64,000 nucleotides of DNA from Octopus sinensis (lineage: Eukaryota): NCBI RefSeq assembly GCF_006345805.1, contig NC_042998.1:80290001-80354000 (forward strand), in the 5' to 3' direction. The position numbers and the translations under genes were made by a program. Position 1 is the first letter of the stretch. Each line of letters starts with the position of its first letter. The notes below the pieces were generated by a model that was not told where the DNA came from, searched no databases, and was given only the letters and a program-made list of their open reading frames with translations. Shown here one piece after another: positions 48,701-61,699 of the stretch.

Positions 48701-51700
48701 CAGTACTTAATTAGTAGCTTATCTTATCAAACCTGGAGGGATGAAAGGTCAAGTTAATCTTGGCAAAATTTGAACTCAGAGCATAAAAAGCTGGAAAAAA
48801 TATTTCAAAACCTTTTACAACAGTGTTCTTCTCAATATTTTCACTTCTGATGTCTATGACCTTCTAAATACCAACATTCGTTTAAATCTAACAGTTATGA
48901 CTCTGAATAACAACACCCTGTCATCTTAGCCAGTTGTAATCCTACAAATAACTCATACCCTTCAATTAAAGAGCTGTCACCTGCTAGATAAAGACAATTA
49001 TAAACTAGAGAAATGTAGACTATTATATTTTAAAAAAATGTCACTTATAAACTCCAAAAAAATGACAGATGATAAAAGAGTAAAAGTAAAGGCACTATAA
49101 AAGAATAAAACTCTGCGGACCCTGAAAAGATATTTTACTGGCTAAATCCCTAATATTAAAATTATTGAATTCTTCAAACTAGGTACAAGGCAAAAGATTT
49201 TGTAAGGGAACAGATGTCATCGATTGGCTCAAACTAGTAATACTTTTCAAACCAGCAGGACTTCAGTTGAAAACAGTAAGAATGTAGCAAATGACACTGG
49301 AAATAGTATAGTTACCTCCCTTGTTGTTCACAATCAGTCACAAACTAAGCCGTCCCCCTCCCCTATCATATACAATCAAAAGTGAAGACAAGTTGGCAAG
49401 ATATTAGCAGGGATATATGATCACATGAAACCCCTCTTCTATTATTTCGTAAGATAATGTGCGGTGGGGTGTTGACTAAACTATTAAAATGGAATTTATT
49501 TTTGACTAGGCACAAGGGCAATTTTCATAAGCAGAGGGAATAGTGTAATTAACTGACTCAACCTCGATATATTGCAGGGACTTAGATAAAAAGTAAAGAC
49601 ACAATCTGACCTCAGAGCCGAGTAGATCTGTTAGTAATTAATCTATTTTATTGTTTCACTGTCCTCAATAAAAAGGAATTCATCAAGGTTAAAGAGGGAG
49701 CTTCTACATGGTCGGTTGATCTGCTACAAATAGCAGCCATATCTCACTCAAACCAGACCTTGCCATCTTTAATTCAAGGCGGGGTATGGTTAATGTAGTC
49801 ATAATACACTGTATTTGAAAAAAAGGTGGGATGATCAAAGCTAGAATGTCTTTGATCATAAAGTCTGCTTGGTCATTGCTGACCTGGGGATAAGCATCAA
49901 CAACTTTTGTGTGTGTGTGTGTGTATTTGATATAATATTGCAATGGCAATCAAGGTGACTGATGAATTCATCAGAAATCTGACATTTAAGGGTTTTGTTT
50001 TGTTCTTCCTTTACCCTACAATTTTTGCAACAGAATTTACCAAACTATATTGCATTATATAAGAGTAATTGTTAAATAACTTAAGGGATAACAATTATAC
50101 ATCATTTGAACTTTTGACACCAACTAACAATAAAGATGATACTTTAGAAAGACAGAGTTTTATCTATACAGAAATCAAATTTCATTGAATACAGCCAAAT
50201 ATAGGATGCTTCAAGACATATTGTTCTCATTTTAACAATGATTGCAAGCATTTCAATAGAGATTTGGTTGTTACATAGAGCAGGTTGAGTTGACTAACTA
50301 GAAACATCTTGGATTAAAGTAAGTTTTCAGCTTCATAAAGCATAGCTTATTCCTTTCATTGAAGAGATTTTACAACACAAATCCAAATTACTTAATCGAT
50401 CACAGTATATTGACTAACAACAAAAAATGATTTTATGGCAAGAGATATTGGTCAATTAGGAAAGAAAAAAATTTTCTTTCAAGAAAATTATAACAATTAA
50501 AACGATAGTAAAATACTGGTGTTTCATATTCCAATTTTCATTTTTTTAAAGTATAAAGAGGAAATTTACAATCAAGCACTAAAGGAAAATAAATCACAAT
50601 TCATAAAGGTTTCTTTTCTATATAAGTATGTATACTTATTTAGAAAAGAAACCTTCATTAAAAAATATATAAATTATAATTTATGCTTCCTTTAGTATCT
50701 AAACACTCTTAAACTTTTAAACTTTTAAAAAGAGAATTGGAAAAATAAAATGCATTCAGGTCAACTTTTCACAAGGTCTCTGTATGATTTTTTTTTTTAT
50801 TCAAATTTCTCAAATTCTATCTTAAAAATAAACTTCATAGGCTGTAGTTATAAATTTCAGCAAGTCAGATAGGTATAGAATAAATATATAAATGGAACTG
50901 ACTGCATCTCTATTACAATGGAAGAGTTAGCTCTGCTATGAATCACTCAGATTTTAAATTAAGCTTCTCTTTCTGGCTTTCTTTTCAAATTACTGACTAT
51001 TTATTGCCATCAGGATTTCATTAATTTCATGACATGAATTATTGTAAATTTTACTAAATAAATAATTGTGTATACAAGTATGTGTGTGTGTGTTTACTGG
51101 TGTGTTAAAAATTTTGTAGTGTCCTTATTCTGAGATTCTTGGAAAAGTATTCATTTAACAGATTTTCTTCTGCACTGAAATATTTTCTTTTTCTTTGAAA
51201 ATTCACATAAATTATCTACGGCAGTTATTGCTGTGAGGACACTGTATCCTTCAAAAATTTCATGCTTTCCTGAAATTTGTCAACACTACTGATGTGCCTT
51301 TCATGATTTTCTTACTGTTCATTTCACTGTCTTTTTGTGTTTTATTCTGTGTAAAATGCATGCAGTTTTGGCTATTAATGCTGTCTTTCTTACTTGACTT
51401 ATTGTGGCTTTTTGTCCTCACTTTTACTGTTTTCCAATGAGTTGTAGTGCACCAAAACACTGTCTAAAATAAACTCTTTATATATATATGCATGTGTGTG
51501 TGTGTATCCAAAATTTTTTTTTTTAAAAAGACAAATGAGAATCTCTATAGTCATGATTGTGTGTAAATAACTGCCTAAATTGTGTGGTGCACGAATGAAT
51601 GTGTGATAGAGAACATGCACTGGTATGGAAATGTGGGAACACATACATGCAGTAGGTATGTACGGTTGTTGTGTTTGTGAATGCAAGTAATATATTCCAA

Positions 51701-54700
51701 CTGATAAATCTTAAAGTTGAAAAGAAAAGGAAACATTTAAATACTCAAGCCATCTTAAGATATTTTCCAAAATTTTCTGAAACCCAATAATATTCAGTTC
51801 TTATAACTGGTTAACTTTCAAATACAGAAAATAATACAAGAGCACAGACATTGGTGTTATATAGTTTTTCTTTCATCGAAAGGTTTTTTTTCTTCTTTTT
51901 CTGGTAAATTAAAACTTGATTTAAAAGAATGTAACAGGCGTACATTCATATTTAATATTTATAGAGACAAAAAAAAAAAAAAATCAACAAAACATACGAA
52001 AAATATTATAATTATTATTTGGATATTGTTTTGCTGTTTTGTGGGGTTTTACCCTTTTTTTGTTTGTTATGCTGTATTTTTTTTTGTTCATTTTTGTGGA
52101 GGTGGTCGAGAAGATGGAAAGTGTAAAGAACCAAAAACAAAATAGAAATTGTTTTTGCTGTTTTTGTTTTGTTTATTTTTCTGGGGTGTTTTTTCTGTTT
52201 TTGTCCCAAGAACATGATGAATAGTAGATATGTTGCACTAAAAGTTGCTGTGATATATCTATCACAGAGCTTCATAGAGAGATAGATAGATAGATAGATA
52301 GATAAGTAGGTAGGAAGATAGATAGATAGGTAGAGCACATTAACCAAAATAATTGTTTCTACTGTTAAGATTGTGGGAAGGGCCATAGTTAAAGTTGGAA
52401 AAAGGCAGAGCAAGGAGCAAAAGCTAATCATTTCTATCTCACCCTCTCTCACCTACATACACTCAGAACATATACACATTTCAACATTATTTACACTGTG
52501 GTACTCAATTGCGAAAATGCATTTATCAGGGCCCGATTTTCAACTTGCAAAGTTTCATTTTCATCTTCAAATGCTTCCACATCCTGAAACAAGTAAAAAA
52601 CAATATCAATATATTTCATATATACAATAGTAATATATAAATTTATAATTTGTAAACTTATGATATTCTATTGACTTACTTAATGGTTGTTTTCGTTTTA
52701 ATTTTCTTAGCCCTTTAGTACTCAATTAACTCTGTCAGATGTTTTTCAATTGTTTTCAATTAATCATGCATTATCGAATAGATTTTGAGATTTCAATGAT
52801 GTGATTGTATATTTCTAGAACGACATTGTAGGTAAGGTCTAAAAGGCTAAATCTGGTGAGTCTGAACATATTTGGGTGAGATATCACCATTTTATATGCT
52901 AAGTGTTAAAATCCTTCTCTGGGTTGAACCTCAGATAACAAATTCCCTATGCTAGTATCATAACAGACACAGCTGGCTTACATAAAGACACTGCTGCAAG
53001 AACCAATTCTATAAATCACAAAGCCAAACCTCAAGTGAGGTTGTATTAATCTGTTCCAGTTAAGTCACGTCATAGACAGAGGTTGTAACACACTCACAAT
53101 ATATCCAACAGATGTCATAGAGGGGAAAATGAACAGAAAACTAATAAAAGGAGCAAGGTCAGAAATTTAGAGGGAAGGGATTAGTTGATGAAATCAACTG
53201 GCACTTTATTTTATCAATCTCCAAAAGGATGAAAGGCAAAGTTGCACCAGAATATAAAGAACCAAAAGAAATACTGCGCAATATTTCGTCCATTGCTCTG
53301 ATGTTTCTTTAATTCAGTGCCCTTAAAAATAATGGTTTCAAATTTTGGAACAAGGAGCAATTTGAAGAGGAGGAGTTAGCCAATTACACTGATCCCGGTA
53401 CTCAGTTGGTGTTTGTCTTATCACCTGCAATATTTAAAAAGCAACTGATCTGTAAATAGCCAGAAGAAATGTCACTAAGCATTTTGTCCAAAGTGCTAAT
53501 GATCCTGATAGCTTCGTGCCTTACTGAATTGCTATTGTTGTTCAGTCCCAAGTCAGTTTTGATGGTCCAGGAATCAAAACCACAATCTTGCAATCATGAG
53601 TACAACAACCTAACCACTAAGTCATGTGCCTTCACAGTAGTGGTAGTCATCAGGAGCGTTAACATTCCTGACTCTATTGTGGCATCAATGCTTTCAGATT
53701 TGTTCAGATGACATGTGATGGAATATCAGATCTGTTGGTAGAGTGAATGGAAGAGAAACATGTGACTTAAATCATTGAATCTCTTGTTTTTATTTGCATG
53801 ATTCTGGATTTTAAATTACATTAACATTTTTTTCTTTTTTAGACATTATTAGTGCAAGAATTTAGCTCTATTGTCTATATGTGCTATCTAGTAATGTATT
53901 GAAATTAAAACCATTCAGATGAAAAGTTATGTTGTTCTAAATACTAAATCTAAAGATTAAAGTAATCTAACCCAAACACAGGTTAACTAAAACTGTTACT
54001 TTTTAGTTGACACAATCTAACTAAAATGATAAAAATAGAGGAAATTAAAAAAAGAAATAGCCTGCCAAAGAACAAGTGGTAGTTTTAAAGACAATGTGTA
54101 TATTTGATAAATATGTAAGGAATAATTGACCAATTTTGCAAAAAGATGTACAACCACAAGTAGTTTACAGAAGACAATAAAATTAATGATTCTTTCAACT
54201 GTTGGCAAAAGGCCAGCAATCTTAGGAGGATGGAGTTAGTTAATTACATCAAACCCCATTACTTAACTGATTACTAATTTTATTGATCCTGAAAGAATGG
54301 AAGACAAAGTCAACCTTGGCAGGATTTGAACTCAGAATGAAATCAGTCTGAAAAAATATTGCAAAGCATTTCTTCCAACACATTATTCTACTAGCTTGCT
54401 ACCTTAAAAATAATAATGTCTATTGTCTCAAGAGTGATGGATGTGGAGATATTATAGGAACAGTTAACAGAAATTGAATGAAAAGAAAAATGGTACAGAC
54501 ATTATACAAATGCATCTCCTAAGAGGAAGACTATACATAGGGTTTACCTAAGACTCTGAGAGATCCAATGTTATTATTATTACTGACTACCAAAAGTAAA
54601 TGTCCTCCCCCAGCCATTATTCTCTGGCTTACAAGTACATGCTAAGAGTATACCCTATCACTTAGGCCATATTTTCCACTGAGCTGATGCTATGATACAC

Positions 54701-55494
54701 TGCAGTAAGTCCTTGAAAATAAGCTAAAACTAGCTGCACTGAGAAAAGCCACCAATAGACACAAGGCCTGAGATTCTTGGGGAAAGGGATATTTGATTAT
54801 ATTGACCACAGTATTCAACTGTTATCTAATTGACCAAGAAAGGATGAAAAAGAAAAGAAGACCTTGGTGGAACTTACATTAAGAATGTAAAGCTGGAAGA
54901 AATGCCACTAAGTATTTTGTCTGGCATGCTAATGATTCTAAGCATTATACCAGCCCAGTACTTAACCAATTCTGGAAGGATTGACCTTAAGCTACAAATA
55001 GGGGTGTGGGGTCATGTATAGTAAATCAAACCAACATCAGAACTTTATTGGTACTTTTTATATTGACCTTGGAAGGATGAAAGTAAATTTAAATTTGAGA
55101 GTTGAACTAAAAAATTTAAATTAATAATAATTATGGAAACTTGTAAAAAATTTAATGAAGCATTGGTTAAAAATTGTAGAGAAGATTTCGCTTTATTAAT
55201 TAAGGGATTAGTATAAAAAGAAAATCAAAATAAAACACTGAAAAAAAAAACAGCCAAAAAATAAGGAATGCAACAAAATTAATGTAATAATAGCAGTAAC
55301 TATAAATATTTAAATCAAATAAACAAGATATTGAAAAGTAGAAAAAAAAATTTGAAAAAACAAGATACAAAATATCAGGGTCAATGAAAATACTGCTTGA
55401 GGTATTGGATAAATATTTGCTTTGAGGACAGATGGGGTGCTGCATCAAATTTAGGAGCTAGGTAGTATGGTCAGTTGATACTGGAAAGTGTTCT

Positions 55495-55945
55495 CATCAT
55501 CATCATCATCATTTAACGTCCGTTCTCCATGCTAGCATGGGTTGGACGGTTCGACCGGGGATCTGGGAAGCTAGAAGGCTGCTCCAGTCTGATCTGGCAG
55601 TGTTTCTACAGCTGGATGCCCTTCCTAACGCCAACCACTCCGTGAGAGTAGTGGGTGCTTTTTACGTGCTACCTGCACAGGTGCCAGGCGAGGCTGGCAA
55701 TGGCCACGATCGGATTGGTGCATTTTACGTGCCACTGGCATGGAAGCCAGTCAAGGCGGCGCTGGCATCGGCCATGATTCGGATGGTGCTTTTTATGTGC
55801 CACCGGCACGGAAGCCAGTCAAGGCAGCGCTGGCATCGGCCACGATTTGGATAGTGCTTTTTACGTGCCACCGGCACGGAAGCCAGTCTAGGCGGCGCTG
55901 GCATCAGCCATGTTCAGTTGGTGCTTTTTACGTGCCACCAGCGTA
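55495..55945 (-). mobile_element. Family 3 RTE-tail element with repeated ~66-bp units
   Basis: (CAT)n tail at 55495; repeated GGTGCTTTTTACGTGCCACCGGCACGGAAGCCAGTC units. Confidence 0.85.
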
Positions 55946-56079
55946 TCAATCTAATACAGGAAGAAATACTTTGTAATGAAAAAGAAAGAAAAAAGAACAC
56001 TAGGCCATTGTACAACAATCCCTACATTTAATGACTAATCCCATACACCAATGTTAAACGATAGCACATCAAGAAGTAA

Positions 56080-57680
56080 ATAGCCAAGACATCTAGCGAT
56101 AGAGGGGTTGATAGTGATGACACCCAGCGATACACAAGTCAATAGGCAAAACATCCAGAAATACATGGGTCACTAGCTGGGACATCCAGTGATATAGAAG
56201 TCAATGGGCAGAGCATCTAGAGAGAGAGAGAGAGAGGTAAATAGGTAGGATATTCAGTGATGCAGAGGTCAATAACTGAGACATCTAGAGATAGATGCAG
56301 TAATAGCTGGAAAAGCTATAGATACACAAGTCAGTAAGCAAGAGATTTATAAGCCAATAAAAGAAGCTTCTAGGAGGTACCTCAAACTAGAAATAACAGC
56401 AGATCTCTAACAACTCCCACTATCATCTTAAAAAAAGGGAACATTGAATATTGTCCTTGATACACAATGGCTGGATAAAAAAGGGGATGGTAAGGGGATG
56501 GTAATGTCTTTGATCATAATTCTTGTTAACCAGAGTATAATCATCAACAAAGCAACTAGAACTTACAATAGCCAGAGCATCTAGAGATGATAAACTTCAT
56601 CAGCAACAGCCAAAACACTGACACACGAATTGTTAGAACACCCAAGAATAGAACAGTATAGTCAGCTGTCACTTATGAGTGAGCAGGACTTAGCAACATA
56701 TACCACGCTTTCATAAACTGTTTTAGCTGAATACATATTCTCGAGCAGACACCCTCTCAGTTCTTACATCCTCGACTCAGCAGAACATCCATGATGTGAA
56801 AGCTGCAGAAAGAGAGGGATGTACTAGCTAGTATTAGTTGCAGCTGTGTAAACTGGGGCAACAGGAAATGAAGTGCCTTGCTCAAAGACACAGTACATTA
56901 TCATCATCATTTTATTATTCACTTTTCCATGCTTGCATGTGTCAGAGTTTACTGAGACAGATATTTTTCTTTTTACAGCCGGATGCCCTTCTTGTTGCCA
57001 ACATTCACCTATTTCCAGTTAAGGCAATATTTTCCCATGGCCAGACATGTTCTCATAGAATACTGGAAATGAAAGACATTCATTTACAACAATCATGCAA
57101 TCTCAAAACAAGGAGACACAGACACACACTCATGCATACATACATACACAAAATAGGATCCTTAAAGTCTCCATTTGCCAAATCCACTCACAAGGGTTTT
57201 ATTGACCTAAGGGCTATAGTAGAAGATACTTACTCAAGGTACTATACAAACCAAACTAGAAACCATGTGGTTGCAAATGTGTTCCTAGAAATTCCTGTCT
57301 TGGAATTAAACTCATCCTTTAGTTCATGAACACCTCCACAGTTAAAGATATATATACAGGCATTTATAACCAGATCGCCCAGAGATATAAACACATCAAT
57401 GGCCATAACACTCATAGATGCACACTCAAACATGCAATGAAACCCAGAGATATACATTAATAATCAAAATACCTATTAACACACACCTAGATATATATAA
57501 CTACATACATCAGCAACCAGAACACCAAAAGATACAAATAATATTAATAGCCAGAACATTGAGAGAACAGATATGTCAATAACCAGAACTCTGAGATTTG
57601 CCCATACTTCAATAGACAAAACAACATAGAGGTATACACATGAATGAACTAAGACATCCAAACACTCACCAAACAATTCC
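56080..57680. repeat. Old, interrupted ~31-bp minisatellite (ATAGCCAGAACATCTAGAGATACACAAGTCA-like)
   Basis: Degenerate units at 56080-56360, 56570-56660 and 57365-57680. Confidence 0.55.
56727..56795 (+). CDS. Candidate internal exon (speculative)
   Basis: Acceptor AACTGTTTTAG; frame LNTYSRADTLSVLTSSTQQNIHD; weak donor GTGAAA. Confidence 0.15.
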
Positions 57681-57830
57681 AATCACTACTATTACAGCCA
57701 CAATGGGTCACTTTTAGGTCACTTGACCATTTAAGAGCATTCCATCAACATCCTACTACTGTCATACCACTCCCACATTTTTATTATTCTTTCTCTTCTT
57801 TTCCCCCTTCTTTGCTGCCTCCTTTCTCAG

Positions 57831-57901
57831 CTATTACTGCTGCTTAATCAAAATCAAGAAGTCATATCAAATATTAGGACTGCTACTACCTGCTACCAAG
57901 A
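57831..57901 (+). CDS. Candidate internal exon
   Basis: About 50-nt polypyrimidine tract ending CTCAG; frame LLLLLNQNQEVISNIRTATTCYQ, phase 0 to 2; donor GTAAAA. Confidence 0.28.
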
Positions 57902-58154
57902 GTAAAAAAAGAGTCAGAGACAGATGGAAAAAGTGGAAAATGTCCCTTACATTTGAAACCTAAGGAAATATTTTTAAAAAACATTTCATTGAATTTTTCC
58001 ACAATTTAATTGTTTTGCATGCTTTACTCTAAGTTGTAAAAGTCGCAAAGACTGAAACCGGTACTAAAATGCTCTTCATGATAAAATTATTTTAGAATTT
58101 TCTACCTTGTCTTATTTTCTTTATACATATCAACTCTGTGTTCCTTTTCAACCT

Positions 58155-58226
<72 letters not shown>

Positions 58227-58230
<4 letters not shown>

Positions 58231-59061
58231 GTGTGGTGAATAAACAGTGATCTAAATTACACAAAAATGAAAATAACACTGATATCTCATTTTAACAGAT
58301 ATATTTACCAAAATTACATAAAAATATCTTGAAATACTAAAGAGTAAATTATTCAATAAAATCACCATTGGCTTCAACCATGGCCTCCAGATGATTTTGG
58401 AATTTCCTGCAACTTTTCTGGACAATCTTCTTGTTTAAGTTGGTGAATGCTGCCATAATCCTTGCCTTCAGTTCATCTTTGGTGTTACAAGAAGTTTTGT
58501 TGCTCTCTCGCTCAACTGCACCCCACACATAATAACCAAGGGGGTTGCAGTCTGGGGAGTTAGGGGTGATGTGGTCGCAGAAATTGTCTGACAGCCATGA
58601 CAAGGTTCTCCTGCTTGTGTGGCATGGTGCAGAGTCCTGTTGCCAGACATAGGGTCTTCCACAGCCACCCTCTTGACCCAGAGCAGCACTACTTCCTCCA
58701 GGCACTTAAGTCTGAGGCTGTGTGGGAAAATGAATGGAGGCATAACATCGCCATCACTCCAAACACCATGATGTTGACTGGATGTTTGATTTTTATCACT
58801 CTTGGTATATGTTTTGGGGATACGGCAAGCCAACAGTTGTTCTGTGTTCACCATCTGTTCATATTGGAGCTTCTGACATAAATGCCAAACAGTACAACAT
58901 GTCATTTCCAAATTTCTTGAATAGTGACTTGCATCATGGTGCTGTTTCTCTCACAGACAGTGCCCAACTGACCCTACTATACTGTGTAGTCAACAAAATC
59001 AAAAACAAACATGCACGAAATAAAAAATATAAAATGGCGACAATTTACCCATTGCACCTTG
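58227..59061 (-). mobile_element. Internally deleted Tc1/mariner (maT, DD37D-like) transposon relic
   Basis: GRPYVWQQDSAPCHTSR...NSPDCNPLGYYVWGAVER; degenerate TIRs CAGGGTGTGGTGAATAAA / revcomp CAAGGTGCAATGGGTAAA; TA at 59062-59063. Confidence 0.85.
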
Positions 59062-59063
59062 TA

Positions 59064-59094
<31 letters not shown>

Positions 59095-59356
59095 TATGTG
59101 GGTGTGTATGTATGTGTGTTTCTGTTAACATTGCATAATTATTGGAAATGAATGGCATTCATATCCAATATTCTGCAAAAAACACATCTGGCCATGTGGA
59201 AATATTCCTTACTTGAAAGCAAATGAGGGTTGGTGATAGAGTAGGCATCCAGTTATAGAACAGCTGCCTCAACAAAATCTTCCAACCCATGCAAGCATGG
59301 AAAAGTTGACATTAAAATGATGATGGATACTTCAGTCACCTATTCATTCTGTGTAG

Positions 59357-59465
59357 ATGTCATGCTCAAAGCAACAATCCAGTGCCTAATGACTGGCCTG
59401 CAATTTCATTTGAGAGACTTATGTCAAGTCAATCCTATCACATGCTTTTTAGTGACTTAAAGTGA
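59357..59465 (+). CDS. Candidate terminal coding exon of an unidentified gene
   Basis: Acceptor TATTCATTCTGTGTAG; phase-2 frame CHAQSNNPVPNDWPAISFERLMSSQSYHMLFSDLK*; phase compatible with 57831-57901. Confidence 0.3.
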
Positions 59466-59713
59466 CTTGAGTCCTTAATGAAGTTGAAATCTATTCACTG
59501 TCATCTGTTATAGGGTAAAGAATGAGATGGAAGTTATCCTGGTTAACCCTGCTTGAAATCACACATGCTTGTGCAGGTTATGTAATCAAAATCAGCTTCC
59601 AACAAAAGTTATTTTGTTATGCTTATTTTACTCAAATCAAAAGTTCAAAAAATAATGCACTTGTAAAATGTGTGTAGTTAAGTGAAAGAACAAACAACAA
59701 ATTTAACAACACC

Positions 59714-59714
<1 letters not shown>

Positions 59715-59752
<38 letters not shown>

Positions 59753-60050
59753 TTTGGCGCAAGGCCAGCAATTTTAAAAGCAGTGAACTAGTTGATAATA
59801 TTGACCCCAGTATTTAATGACTATTTTACTTTACCAACCCTATAAGGATGAAAGACAAAGTTGACCTCAATTGGGTTTCAGCTCAGAATGTAAAAAGCAA
59901 CTGGAAAATCCCATTAAGGTCAACTTCGCCTTTCACCCTTTTGAGAGTTGATAAAATAAAGTACTAGTCAAGTACTGGCGTTGTACTTCCCTTAAAAAAT
60001 GCTGGCTTCATGCTCAAGTCAGATGTAATAATAATAATAATAATAATAAT
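59715..60050. mobile_element. Family 2 SINE fragments in opposite orientations bracketed by (TAA)n
   Basis: (TAA)n at 59714-59752 and 60027-60050 with SINE cores between. Confidence 0.7.
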
Positions 60051-61422
60051 GGTAATTATAATGATAATATTAAAATCCAATAATTCAGAAAGCACTTAAG
60101 GTAGAACATAGAAACCTGTATAATACAGGTGATAATACAATAGTTATTTTTTTTTATTGAATAAATCCTGAGGTAAAAGAGCAGAAAGGATTCTTGGAAA
60201 TATTTTGGATTGAATACAGACAACATCAGCAGACAAATTAACAACAATAATCACATCAGCAACAACCTTAACATGCAAAAATTTACAAAACTCCACTCGT
60301 GTTCAACATAAGAAAAGTAGATGATGTTTTTAGGAAACCATGTATATAATCTCTCTCTCTCTCTCTCTCTCATATGCTATCTCACATTTACAAGATGTTG
60401 CATGCCTGTCACAAGTCTAACAATCAACTGATAGGTTTTTCCGATACCCTATGCACTGATTACTCGTTTGTTGAGATGCTTATCAGCTGATGTCAATCCA
60501 ACACAGCAAAGCCTTATATACTTTGCTGTTCATTTTTCCCAACGCAATCTTGTTGCTACTGACTGTTAATATATCATTACTTTTGCCTGGTGAAATTTTG
60601 TTGCAATTAGCTGTTTAATATATTGTTGCTATTGACTTAAAATATATATTGTTATTGGCTGTTAATATGTTGTTGCTAACTGCCATTAAATAGTTACTAT
60701 TAACTAGAAATTGTTGTTATTGGTTGTTAATACATTATTGCCACTAACTTGATAAACTATCACAAATGATGAAAGATCAAATTAACATTCCCAGCAAATT
60801 ATTTACCTCAGATATGCACATAACAGGAAAAAAAAACGACTTGAGGTAAAACCACTATAGGTCACAGAAGATATTTATCAAATAAACTATACAAATGTTG
60901 AAAATATTTTTGTTTTAAATTAAAAATCATAAATACACAGAGCAGATGTCACATATAAATAAGGGTATCCTCACACTGGAGGTCTGGCTGAAATGCTTGC
61001 AACAGAATGGACTCTGCTTAAGGTACCTAAAGTGCCAAGAGGTGGAGCTAAATCAGGTGAAGGATTAACTACTATCAAAATAGGCCATGGCAGGATCTGA
61101 ACTCAGAGAACAGTCAAACCAAATACAATTAAATTTCCACCTGTCCACATTCAAAATTGGAAATTTTTAAAATCAACTCTTAAAGGTTGAAAGGTAAAGT
61201 GAACCTTGATGGAATTTGAACTCAGAACACAGAAAATGGGAACAAATACTATGAAGCATTCTAACTAGCACAAACAATTCTGACAATTACCTCCTGTTAT
61301 AATACTAAAGACCAAAGTGCTTCATAAAAGTAGGTTCATGTGAGACTGTGTACTAGAGGGATAGTCTAAAAAAAAAAGTCTTAGAGAACTTGTGGCATTC
61401 TACTGAAACAAAATGATGTATG

Positions 61423-61472
<50 letters not shown>

Positions 61473-61625
61473 CTTTTTCTGTTATATTGTGTGCTTGTTT
61501 GTTTGTTTGTTTTTCTGCATCTGTTATTTTATTATTGATCTTCTATATTAACGAAGCTATATCCTTTAATTTGCTGCTTTTCTTTACATGAAATGAGAAG
61601 ATACGTAGCAGAACTGTTGTTTTAC

Positions 61626-61699
61626 CGAGTTATATCTATCACTCGAAGAAACCCATCTGCACCATCAGATGCTCCTGAACCAGTAGCTAAGTATCCCAC
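61626..61699 (-). CDS. Candidate exon with WD40-like peptide
   Basis: Acceptor TCAATCCCTCATAG, donor GTAAAA; only open frame VGYLATGSGASDGADGFLRVIDITR resembles WD40 LATGS.DG..RVWD strands. Confidence 0.35.

Noticed and set aside
49963-49978. Perfect 16-bp palindrome CTGATGAATTCATCAG resembling a hammerhead core or operator
   Set aside because: No stems I/III or cleavage triplet in register; isolated palindromes of this size can arise by chance
55640-55945. CRISPR-like array of palindromic repeats with spacers (also 6000-6200, 25700-25920)
   Set aside because: Linkers are homologous to each other, the array sits in an RTE-type tail ending in (GAT)n, the context is eukaryotic and there are no cas genes
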